DNA from: Pseudomonadota bacterium
GTDB taxonomy: Bacteria; Pseudomonadota; Gammaproteobacteria; Burkholderiales; Casimicrobiaceae
Direction: 5' to 3'
Length of the DNA stretch: 64,000 nt
Assembly: GCA_018241785.1 (NCBI GenBank)
Contig: JAFEDF010000239.1
Span: forward strand, 26,144-90,143
A model generated the notes under the pieces. It was not told the DNA's origin. It did not search any database and was given only the letters and a program-made list of their open reading frames with translations. Shown one piece after another: positions 56,062 to 64,000 of this stretch. A program made the position numbers and the translations under genes. Position 1 is the stretch's first letter. Each line of letters opens with the position of its first letter.

Positions 56062-56807
56062 GTCTCGAGCGTGATGTGGCCGGGCTCGCGCCGCCGGTGC
56101 CGGCGCATGCCGCGCGCGCCGAGGACCGCCTGCACGTCGTCGACCATCGCCGGGTTGCCGCAGAGCATCGCGTGAGCATTCTCGGGCGTCAGCGCGAGCC
56201 CGACGCGGCCCTCGAGCCTGCCGTCCTCGATCGCCGCCGGAATGCGCCCGGCGAGCGCGTCCGGATGCGCTTCGCGGCTCACCATCGGCACGTAATCGAA
56301 CGCCCCCGGGTGCGCACCGGCGATCCGTGCGATCTCGTCGCGATAGGTGAGCTCCTCCGCGTAGCGCACCGAGTGCACGAGCACGACGCGGCCGAACTTC
56401 GTCCACGGATCGCCGCTGCGCAGGATCGACAGGAACGGGCCGATGCCCGTCCCGGTCGACACGCACCACAGCGAGTCGGACTGCGCGGTCTCGGCGATGC
56501 CGAAGAGACCGCTCGCGCGCGGCGCGAGCCACACGCTTGCGCCGGTGTCCAGCGCGGCGAGCCGGGGCGACAGCGGGCCCTCGGGAAGGATGATGAAGTA
56601 GAACTCGTGCGGCGCGGCGTGCGGAGGATTCACGAACGAATACGGGCGCGCGATCATCGGCTCCTTCGCTCCCGGCGGCGCCGGCAGCGCGAGGCGGGCG
56701 AACTGCCCGGCGGCGAAGCTCAGCGACGGGGCCTCCACGCCGATCGAGCACAGGCTTTCGGTCCATCGCCGTGTTCCGGCGACACGGCCTTCGATCCATG
56801 CGCTCAT
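56052..56807 (-). CDS. fpr: Ferredoxin/flavodoxin-NADP+ reductase
   Basis: RPYSFVN, GPLSPRL, STGTGIGPFLSIL, MLCGNPAMV, C-terminal ETYW; overlaps the pepN 3' end by 10 nt. Confidence 0.95.
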   Translation of the reverse strand: MSAWIEGRVAGTRRWTESLCSIGVEAPSLSFAAGQFARLALPAPPGAKEPMIARPYSFVNPPHAAPHEFYFIILPEGPLSPRLAALDTGASVWLAPRASGLFGIAETAQSDSLWCVSTGTGIGPFLSILRSGDPWTKFGRVVLVHSVRYAEELTYRDEIARIAGAHPGAFDYVPMVSREAHPDALAGRIPAAIEDGRLEGRVGLALTPENAHAMLCGNPAMVDDVQAVLGARGMRRHRRREPGHITLETYW

Positions 56808-56839
56808 CCGCGCGCTTCCCTCGCGATAAAATGCCGATT

Positions 56840-57436
56840 ATGCCTAGGCGCCCGCTGCGCGCGACACTCACCGGAAACCGGGTCTTCGTGCGGCCGCCGC
56901 GGCGCGCCGACGAGGCCGCGTTCGTCGCCGCCGTGCGCTCGAGCCGGCGGCTGCACGGCCGCTGGGTCAGCGCGCCCGCGACGCCCTCCGCGTACGCCCT
57001 CTACCTGTCGCGCTACGCACGCACGGTGCGCATGCCGCTCAACGCGGCGCTGCTCGTCTGCCGCAGCGACGACGGCGCACTCGCCGGCGCGTTCAATTTC
57101 TCGGAGATCGTGCGCGGGGCGTTCGAGAGCGCGTACCTCGGCTACTACGCGTTCGTGCCGCTCGCCGGCCACGGCTACATGACCGACGGCTTCGTGCTCG
57201 CCCTCGACTTCGCGTTCCGCCGCCTCGGCCTGCACCGCGTCGAGGCGAACGTGCAGCCCGACAACGTGCGCTCGCTCGGGCTCCTCGAACGGGTCGGCTT
57301 CGTCCGCGAGGGCTATTCGCGGCGCTACATCAAGCTCGCGGGCCGCTGGCGCGACCACGTGCGCTTCGCGATGCTCGCCGAGGACTGGCGCGTGCGGAGG
57401 ACACCGCTGCGTGCAGCGATCGCGCCGGCGCGGTGA
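56840..57436 (+). CDS. RimJ/RimL-type GNAT N-acetyltransferase
   Basis: AYLGYY, GHGYMT, LGLHRVEANVQPDN..S..LL..GF..EG, GRWRDH; start revised to ATG 56840. Confidence 0.92.
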   Translation: MPRRPLRATLTGNRVFVRPPRRADEAAFVAAVRSSRRLHGRWVSAPATPSAYALYLSRYARTVRMPLNAALLVCRSDDGALAGAFNFSEIVRGAFESAYLGYYAFVPLAGHGYMTDGFVLALDFAFRRLGLHRVEANVQPDNVRSLGLLERVGFVREGYSRRYIKLAGRWRDHVRFAMLAEDWRVRRTPLRAAIAPAR

Positions 57437-57822
57437 GCGCCCGGCGACGCGCGTTTGCATTCTGCGCGGCGGCGGCGATCACCGCCGCCCTGGCGGCATG
57501 CGGCGGGCACGCGCTCGTCGCGGGGATGGAACGCGATGCGCCGCGCGTGATCGTCTCCCCATGGCAATCGCACGAGGTCTGTGCGGAACTCGCCCCGCAG
57601 GAGCGCCTCGACTACCGTTTCACGAGCAGCGCGCCGGTGTCCTTCGCGATCGCCTACGACGACGGCAAGGCGGTGCTGATGCCGGTCGTGCAGGATCACG
57701 CCACCGCGGGCAGCGGCATCTACGAGGCGCCGTTTGCGAAGCGCTACTGCCTCGAGTGGGAGGCAGGGCCGCCCGGAGCCATCCTCGCCTACCGGGTCAT
57801 CGTGCGGCCGCGGCCGCGTTGA
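57433..57822 (+). CDS. Hypothetical lipoprotein (beta-sandwich, GOLD-like?)
   Basis: Lipobox LAAC; GTG overlaps the GNAT stop; two further Cys (EVCAEL, RYCLEW). Confidence 0.65.
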   Translation: MSARRRAFAFCAAAAITAALAACGGHALVAGMERDAPRVIVSPWQSHEVCAELAPQERLDYRFTSSAPVSFAIAYDDGKAVLMPVVQDHATAGSGIYEAPFAKRYCLEWEAGPPGAILAYRVIVRPRPR

Positions 57823-57828
57823 GCGACG

Positions 57829-58560
57829 CTACAACTCCGCATAGGCGTAGGTACGGCCGTTGTCGATCTCGCCCTCGACGAGGCGGACGACGACCTTCGT
57901 CGCGACGCCGGCGGGCGCCACCAGCCTCCCGCTCGCGTGGAAGTCGCGGAACATCGCGACGCCGGGCAGGCGCTCGACGGGCTGTCCGCGCATCGCTTCC
58001 TGCATCGGCGTATCGATGACCCCGGGACGCAGAGTGACGGCGCGCAGGCGGCCCCCGCCCTGCTCGGCGGCGAGCGCGCGCGTCAGCATCTCGAGCCCCG
58101 CCTTCGCGATCGAGTAGAGCGCTGCACCGGCGATCGGCGACTGCGCGGCCCCCGACGAGACGTTGACGATCCTGCGCTCGCAGCCCGGATCGGCGAAGAT
58201 GCGGCAGAAGCAGTCGGCCGCGATCACCGGCGCCGCGAGGTTGACGTCGAGATCTGCCGCGATGCCCGCGCCGCCGAGGGTTCCGAGCAATCCGACGCCG
58301 CCGACCGTCGCGGCGTTGTTGATCAGGCATGCGAAGTCCGGCGAGCATGCGGCGAGCGTGGTGAACGCCGGGACGAGCGCCTGCTCCAGTGCATCGACGC
58401 GTGCGAGATCGGCGTGCACGAAGGCGAAGCGTGTGCCCGCGAGCCGCGGCGACCGTCGCCGGCCGACTCCGAGCACGTCGTAGCCCCGCGCGAGGAGCTG
58501 TCCGGCGAGCGCCTCGCCGAGGCCGGCCGACACCCCGGTGACGATCGCGCACCGGCGCAC
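57829..58560 (-). CDS. SDR oxidoreductase (sepiapterin/benzil reductase-like)
   Basis: TGVSAGLG, INNA, NVSSGAA, YSIAK, PGVIDTPMQ. Confidence 0.9.
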   Translation of the reverse strand: MRRCAIVTGVSAGLGEALAGQLLARGYDVLGVGRRRSPRLAGTRFAFVHADLARVDALEQALVPAFTTLAACSPDFACLINNAATVGGVGLLGTLGGAGIAADLDVNLAAPVIAADCFCRIFADPGCERRIVNVSSGAAQSPIAGAALYSIAKAGLEMLTRALAAEQGGGRLRAVTLRPGVIDTPMQEAMRGQPVERLPGVAMFRDFHASGRLVAPAGVATKVVVRLVEGEIDNGRTYAYAEL

Positions 58561-58572
58561 GGCGACGGCCGG

Positions 58573-59460
58573 TCAGCGTGCGGCCTGCGTCGCCGCGCGG
58601 CCCTTGGCGAGCTCGGCCTGGGCGCTCGCCATCTCCTTCTCGATCTGCGGCAGCGGCAGCGCCCCCGGGATCATCGTGCCGTCGGCGAAGATCAGCGTCG
58701 GCGTCGCGTTGATGTGCAGCGAATCGCCGAGCGCCTGCGTCTTCGCAACCGGATTGCTGCAGTCGCCGCTGTTCGACGGCAGCTTGCCGGTCGCAAAATA
58801 GGTGTCCCAGGCCTTGGCGCGGTCGGGTGCGCACCACAGAATGCGCGACTTGCGCGCGGCATCCGGATGGAGCTGGTCGATCGGGAACATGAACGTGTAG
58901 ATGGTCACGTTGTCGAGGCCGCGCATTTCCTGCTCGAGTCGATGGCAGAACGGGCAGTCGGCGTCGGAGAAGAGGTAGAGCTTGCGCGAGCCGTCGCCCT
59001 TGACGCGCTTGAACGCGAGGTCCATCGGAAGCCTGTCGACCGCCACGCGATTGAGCTTGCGGGTCCGCAACTCGGTCAGGTTCTGCCGCGTCGCCGCGTC
59101 GTAGATCGATCCGACGAACAGCCACGTGACCTTGGGATCGGTGTAGAGGAGCTGGTCGCCGAGCATGACCTCGTAGAGGCCAAGATAACCGGTCTTGCCG
59201 ATGTGGCTGATCGACGCGCCCGGAAAGCGCTGCTCGAGCGCCTTGTGGATCGACGCGGCCTCGGGGCTCTCGGCGGGCGTGCTCTCGGCGGGAGCGCTCG
59301 CGGCGGGAGCGACGGCCGTCGAGGCGAGCGGAGGCCCCGCGACCTGCGCCTGCGCCTGCCCTTGCGCGACGGACAGCGCACAGGCGAAGGCGACGGCGGC
59401 GGCGAACGCAGCTCGTCGAGGCTCGTGCAAACGCGATCGTGCGGTCATCGTCAGCTCCAA
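58573..59460 (-). CDS. dsbC: DsbC family disulfide isomerase (start may be 59448)
   Basis: Signal peptide, dimerisation domain GLYEV..YTD, DADCPFCH, cis-Pro loop TP, GALP. Confidence 0.92.
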   Translation of the reverse strand: MELTMTARSRLHEPRRAAFAAAVAFACALSVAQGQAQAQVAGPPLASTAVAPAASAPAESTPAESPEAASIHKALEQRFPGASISHIGKTGYLGLYEVMLGDQLLYTDPKVTWLFVGSIYDAATRQNLTELRTRKLNRVAVDRLPMDLAFKRVKGDGSRKLYLFSDADCPFCHRLEQEMRGLDNVTIYTFMFPIDQLHPDAARKSRILWCAPDRAKAWDTYFATGKLPSNSGDCSNPVAKTQALGDSLHINATPTLIFADGTMIPGALPLPQIEKEMASAQAELAKGRAATQAAR

Positions 59461-59469
59461 TTCGATCGT

Positions 59470-60663
59470 TCAGTGCATCGCGGCCCGCGCGAGCACGTTC
59501 TTGAGGGCCGGAAGACGATCGACGATCGTCATGCCGGCGTTGCGCGCTGCGCGGACGACGCGCGACCGGTTCGCGAAGAGGTGCCCGAGGCCCTCGACCA
59601 TCGACTGCATCGCCAACACCGGCTCCGCACGGCGCCGCGCGTAGCGTTCGAGCAGCAGCGGCGCGCCGCAGTCGGGAACCGGCCCGCGTCCGGCGAGCAC
59701 GGCAGCGAGCGCCTCGCCATCGCCGAAGCCCAGATTAACACCCTGGCCGGCGAGCGGGTGCACGCCGTGCCCGGCATCGCCGACGAGCGCAAGCCGGCGA
59801 GCGACAGGCGTCGGCACGTGCAGCGAGTGAAGCGCGAACCCGGCGGCCGCACCGAGCGGCGTCAGCGCCCCGAGCGCGCTGCCGCCGGCTTCGCCCACCC
59901 GCGCCGCGAGCTCGTCCGCGGTGAGCGCCATCAGCTCGCCCGCGAGCGCCGAGGGGGCCGACCACACGATCGAGATGCGCGATCCGGGCAGCGGCAGCCA
60001 CGCGAGCACGCTGCCGTCGTCGCGGAACCACTGGCGCGCACAGCCGCCGTGTGCGAGCGCCGTGGCGAAATTCGCGACGACGCCGAGCTGATTCCAGGGT
60101 TGCGGCTTCGCGACGATGCCCGACGCAGCCCGCACCCACGAATGGAGGCCGTCCGCACCGACGACGAGTTGCGCCGCGAGCGCGCTGCCGTCGCCCAGGG
60201 TCAGCACCGTCTCGTCGGCCGACCATGCGAGCCGCTCGCATGCAACGCCCTCGCGAAGCTCGATCCCGGCACCCGCCGCCGCCTCGCGCAGCGCGCTCCG
60301 GAGCGCGCGCTCCTCGACGATCCAGGCGAGCGCACGCTCGCCCGCATCGTAGGCGGAGAACTCGAGCGTCGCCCCCGCGTCGCCGGCGATCCGCATCGAC
60401 TCGACCGCAGCGATGCGCTCGCACGGCAGTCGCTGCCACGCTCCGACGGTGGCGAGGAAGCGCGCGCTGCCTGGGCTCACCGCGTACACGCGCCGGTCCC
60501 AGTCGTCGGCATGGCCCGCCGCGGACGGAACCGACCGGTCGACGATCGCGACCGCGAGCCCTGCGCGCGCGAGCGCGACAGCCGTCGCGAGACCGACGAG
60601 GCCCGCGCCGGCGACGACCACGTCGAAGCGGGCACTCCCGCCGGCTGCGGCCGCCGTCACCAC
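59470..60663 (-). CDS. UbiH/UbiF/VisC/COQ6 family FAD-dependent hydroxylase
   Basis: [40 protein letters not shown]. Confidence 0.93.
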   Translation of the reverse strand: MVTAAAAGGSARFDVVVAGAGLVGLATAVALARAGLAVAIVDRSVPSAAGHADDWDRRVYAVSPGSARFLATVGAWQRLPCERIAAVESMRIAGDAGATLEFSAYDAGERALAWIVEERALRSALREAAAGAGIELREGVACERLAWSADETVLTLGDGSALAAQLVVGADGLHSWVRAASGIVAKPQPWNQLGVVANFATALAHGGCARQWFRDDGSVLAWLPLPGSRISIVWSAPSALAGELMALTADELAARVGEAGGSALGALTPLGAAAGFALHSLHVPTPVARRLALVGDAGHGVHPLAGQGVNLGFGDGEALAAVLAGRGPVPDCGAPLLLERYARRRAEPVLAMQSMVEGLGHLFANRSRVVRAARNAGMTIVDRLPALKNVLARAAMH

Positions 60664-61214
60664 GAGAGCCTCTCGATCACGACCTGGTCGTTCGTATAGA
60701 TGCAGATCTCGCCGGCGATCGCGAGCGCACGCGCGACGATCGCCTCGGCGTCGAGTTCGGTGGCGTCGATCAGCGCGCGCGCGGCCGCCTGCGCGTAGGG
60801 TCCCCCCGATCCGATCGCGACGATGCCGTGCTCGGGCTCGAGCACGTCGCCGGTCCCGGTGATCACCAGCGACGCATCGCGATCGGCCACGGCCAGCATG
60901 GCCTCGAGCCGGCGCAGGACGCGGTCGGACCGCCAGTCCTTCGCAAGCTCGACGGCCGCGCGCGTCAGGTGGCCCTGATGCTTGTCGAGCTTCGCCTCGA
61001 AGCGCTCGAACAGCGTGAAGGCGTCGGCGGTCGCGCCGGCGAACCCGGCGAGGACCCTGCCATGGTGGAGGCGGCGAACCTTCCGCGCCGTCGACTTGAT
61101 GACGACGTGACCCAGCGTGACCTGGCCGTCGCCGCCCAGCGCGACCGCGCTGCCGCGGCGCACGGAAAGGATCGTCGTTCCATGGAACGTGGGTGCGCCT
61201 TCGGCCTGTCCCAT
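60657..61214 (-). CDS. hslV: ATP-dependent protease peptidase subunit HslV
   Basis: [10 protein letters not shown] (Thr nucleophile), [37 protein letters not shown]. Confidence 0.97.
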   Translation of the reverse strand: MGQAEGAPTFHGTTILSVRRGSAVALGGDGQVTLGHVVIKSTARKVRRLHHGRVLAGFAGATADAFTLFERFEAKLDKHQGHLTRAAVELAKDWRSDRVLRRLEAMLAVADRDASLVITGTGDVLEPEHGIVAIGSGGPYAQAAARALIDATELDAEAIVARALAIAGEICIYTNDQVVIERLSW

Positions 61215-61252
61215 TCGATCGCCCGTCGGCATGCGCGCGCCGGCGTCCGGCG

Positions 61253-62530
61253 TCAGCTCACCTTGCGCACGAAGTGGCGCGGCGACGCGCCGATCAGCAG
61301 CAGGAGCGCGCGGACGATCGGCGTCGCCCCGACGATCTGCAGCGCCTTGTGCCGGCCCTCGAGCCGTGCGATCACATTGAGCAGCGCTCCCGCCGCGACG
61401 AAGTCGACGCGCTCGACGGCGCTCATGTCGACGGTCACCACGTCGCGCAGCGCTCCGAACTGCTCGATCTCGGCGAGTTGCGGAGGCGCCGCTCCCGCCA
61501 TGGTGCCGGCGAGGTCGAGCACGTCGGACTCGTCGGCAGCCTCCGCGGCACGCGACGGCGTGGCCACTGCTGTGGGAGCCGCGTCTCCGGCTACGGCTGA
61601 CGCACCGTCTGCGCCCGCAGCGGGCGGCTCCCACGATGGCGGGGACACCTCGAAGGCGACGGCGAACTCGAGCGCCCGCTCGTCGAACTTCGCCTGCTCG
61701 CGCCGCCACTGCAGGAGCTCGAGCGCAAGGAGCCAGGCGCCCTCACCCCCGTCGCGGCCGCGCGCGACGGCAGCTTCGAGTGCGCTCTGCAGCTTCTCGG
61801 GCCGCTGCACGGTCAGCGCCATGCGCTGGCGGCGCGCACGCCCGAGGAGCTCGGCGAGCTCGCGTGCACCCGCTTCGTCGAAGCCGCCGAGCCCGGCGAG
61901 ATCGACCCGCGCACGCGGCACGCTCGACCCGACCGCGCGCCGCAGACCCTCGAGCGCGGGTGCATTGGCGGCCGACAGTTCGCCGGCAACCGCGATGTAC
62001 CCGCCCCCCTGGGCGGCTCCTTCACCCGTTTCCGGCGCGGCTTTCTCCCACGAAGGCGCCGAGCTCTCGAACTGGAGCACGTACTGCATCGCAAGCTGGT
62101 CGAACGCGTTACGGTCTCCCGCGCGCTGCATCAGGTCGAAGAGCGCGAGCCAGGCAAGCGCCGACTGGCGCGCCTCGGCGTCGGCCTGGACCCCCTGCTC
62201 GAGCAGCGTGCGTGCGGCTCCGTCCTGCCCGCTCGCGAACATCAGCGCTGCATTCTCGAGGACGTCGCACAGCCCCGGATTGGCCTCCTGGACCTCGATT
62301 GCCGACGGCGCGGTCGACCAGTCGATGATGCTGGCCCCGCGCAGGCTCGTGTCGCCGATCGGCTCGAAGGCCCCCGATTTGCCGGCACGGCGCCCGGCGG
62401 CCGCCGCGGCGAGCTCGCGCGCGGAGACCGGACGCGGCCCGGCCGCGGCCGGCCGGCTGGCCGCCTTCGCACCCGGAACCGACCGGCCGGCGGGGGATTT
62501 CTTCGCCGGCGTCTTGCCGAACAGGACCAT
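61253..62530 (-). CDS. Tandem [helical repeat + STAS-like] protein
   Basis: Two AWL..(F/L)(D/E)L...F...A..(Y/F)...FE.S.PSWE units, each followed by a STAS-like segment. Confidence 0.8.
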   Translation of the reverse strand: MVLFGKTPAKKSPAGRSVPGAKAASRPAAAGPRPVSARELAAAAAGRRAGKSGAFEPIGDTSLRGASIIDWSTAPSAIEVQEANPGLCDVLENAALMFASGQDGAARTLLEQGVQADAEARQSALAWLALFDLMQRAGDRNAFDQLAMQYVLQFESSAPSWEKAAPETGEGAAQGGGYIAVAGELSAANAPALEGLRRAVGSSVPRARVDLAGLGGFDEAGARELAELLGRARRQRMALTVQRPEKLQSALEAAVARGRDGGEGAWLLALELLQWRREQAKFDERALEFAVAFEVSPPSWEPPAAGADGASAVAGDAAPTAVATPSRAAEAADESDVLDLAGTMAGAAPPQLAEIEQFGALRDVVTVDMSAVERVDFVAAGALLNVIARLEGRHKALQIVGATPIVRALLLLIGASPRHFVRKVS

Positions 62531-62636
62531 CCGGACAGTTATGCCGTTGGAATGAAAGTTACCGATTATGACCCCGGGAGCGCGCCGGGGGCAAGCCACG
62601 CTCGTCGCGGCAATGCCCGCCGATGCGCGCCGGGTC

Positions 62637-63233
62637 TCAGCTACGCGGGAGCTTGTCCGCGGCAAAGCCCCAGTTCAGCAGCTTGTCGATCACCGCGTTG
62701 ACGTAATCGCCGCGGCGGTTCTGATAATCGAGGTAATACGCGTGCTCCCAGACGTCGATCGTCAGCAGCGGCGTCTGTCCGCGCGTGAGCGGGACCTCGG
62801 CGTTGCCGGTCTTGACGACCTTGAGCTTGCCGCCCTCGGCGACGAGCCACGCCCAGCCGGAGCCGAACTGCGACACGGCTGCGGCGGCGAAGTCCTTGCG
62901 GAACTGGTCGTAGCCGCCGAGATCGGAGTCGATCATCGATGCGAGCCTGCCGGCAGGCTTGCCGCCGCCACCCGGCGTCAGGCTGCTCCAGTAGAACGTG
63001 TGGTTCCAGATCTGCGCCGCGTTGTTGAACATTCCGGCGCGATCGGGCTTGCCCGCGCTGTCGCCGATGATCCTCTCCAGCGTTGCCGATTCGAACTCGG
63101 TGCCCTTGACGAGGTTGTTGAGGTTATCGACGTATGCCTTGTGGTGCTTGCCGTAGTGGAAGGACAGCGTGTTGGCCGAGACGACCGGCGCGAGTGCGCC
63201 GTCGGCGAACGGCAGGGGCGGCAACGTGAACAT
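62637..63233 (-). CDS. sodB: Fe superoxide dismutase
   Basis: [22 protein letters not shown] (Fe-type Gln), [15 protein letters not shown]; AAGGAG SD. Confidence 0.96.
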   Translation of the reverse strand: MFTLPPLPFADGALAPVVSANTLSFHYGKHHKAYVDNLNNLVKGTEFESATLERIIGDSAGKPDRAGMFNNAAQIWNHTFYWSSLTPGGGGKPAGRLASMIDSDLGGYDQFRKDFAAAAVSQFGSGWAWLVAEGGKLKVVKTGNAEVPLTRGQTPLLTIDVWEHAYYLDYQNRRGDYVNAVIDKLLNWGFAADKLPRS

Positions 63234-63346
63234 GTTCGGGATCTCCTTGGGTCAGTGGATGGGAAGCGCGGCAACGCGCATGCCGCCGCCGCGCAGGGAA
63301 CCTCGCGCAGGGAGGACATGCTGCCGCACGCCGGCCGTGCCCGCCG

Positions 63347-63808
63347 TCAGTCGCCGTAGAGCTTCTGTACGCGTTCGCGGCGTTCCTGGGCCTCGATCGA
63401 CAGCGTCGTCATCGGGCGCGCGATCAGGCGCGGCACGCCGATCGGCTCGCCCGTCTCCTCGCAGTACCCGTAACTGCCGTCCTCGATCATTCGCAGCGAT
63501 TTTTCGACCTTCTTCAGCAGCTTGCGTTCACGGTCCCGCGTGCGCAGCTCGAGCGTGTACTCCTCCTCCAGCGTCGCACGATCGGAGGGATCGGTGGTGA
63601 TCTCGTTCTCGCGCAGGTGCTCGCCGGTGTCGTCGGCGTTGCGCAGGATCTGGTCGCGGATGTCCTCGAGGCGCCTCCTGAAGAACGTGAGCTGCGCCTC
63701 GTTCATGTAATCCTTCTCCGGGGCCTTCAGGATGTCCTCTTCGGTAAGCTCGCGCGGAGCCTTCCTGGCGGCGGTGGCGGTCTTGGCGGTCACGGTCTTC
63801 GCGGTCAT
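63347..63808 (-). CDS. dksA: RNA polymerase-binding protein DksA
   Basis: YMNEAQLTFF, DPSDRA coiled-coil tip, RDRERKLLKK, GYCEETGEPIG..RL.ARP. Confidence 0.96.
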   Translation of the reverse strand: MTAKTVTAKTATAARKAPRELTEEDILKAPEKDYMNEAQLTFFRRRLEDIRDQILRNADDTGEHLRENEITTDPSDRATLEEEYTLELRTRDRERKLLKKVEKSLRMIEDGSYGYCEETGEPIGVPRLIARPMTTLSIEAQERRERVQKLYGD

Positions 63809-63889
63809 GCTGAATCCATCCGTTACGTCGCTGAAGCGCGGCTTGTGCCGTCGGGTCACGGGTCGTACCGCGCCCGTGGGAAATTGGAC

Positions 63890-63895
63890 ATTATA
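63890..63895 (-). promoter_or_regulatory. -10 box TATAAT for dksA
   Basis: Plus-strand ATTATA about 80 nt upstream of the ATG. Confidence 0.55.
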
Positions 63896-63967
63896 GCCGG
63901 TCGCCCGGTCGCAGGCGCAGCCGCCGCCACCCCGGGGCCGCGCCGCGTCGCGCCTGCCCCCGCCCCC

Positions 63968-63973
63968 TATAAT
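63968..63973 (+). promoter_or_regulatory. -10 box TATAAT for a divergent gene beyond the window
   Basis: Perfect hexamer in a GC-rich flank. Confidence 0.45.
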
Positions 63974-64000
63974 CGGGGCCGCAAGCGACGCGCCGACGGA

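Overview
High-GC (about 70%) betaproteobacterial chromosomal segment, Burkholderiales-like by gene content and order. It is almost entirely housekeeping: dnaE (5'-truncated by the window edge), an MFS/oxidoreductase cluster, tRNA-Thr(UGU), ClC, sspAB, petABC, an HtrA protease, tatABC, the his operon, queF, murA, mla/yadGH, a CPA2 antiporter, kdsD-kdsC-lptCAB-rpoN-hpf-ptsN-hprK-rapZ-ubiX, yebC-ruvC-HAD-ruvAB-ybgC-tolQRA, pepN, fpr, dsbC, a UbiH-family hydroxylase, hslV, a STAS protein, sodB and dksA. I saw no prophage, IS, integrase or CRISPR array. The notable observations are: (1) a perfect 58-bp palindrome (REP/MITE-like) that supplies the C-terminus and stop of ptsN, with a second 21-bp copy supplying the same KGKT* tail to an unrelated gene right where the tol-pal operon breaks off; (2) an in-frame HisD-HisC fusion; (3) a near-consensus sigma-54 promoter with an IHF-like site upstream of an uncharacterised protein with a split PilZ-like motif; (4) hslV without adjacent hslU and tolQRA without adjacent tolB-pal; (5) six genes with a -10 hexamer only 6-8 nt before the start codon, suggesting frequent leaderless mRNAs. 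All calls come from reading motifs by eye; no searches were run, and many start codons are my revisions of the ORF track.
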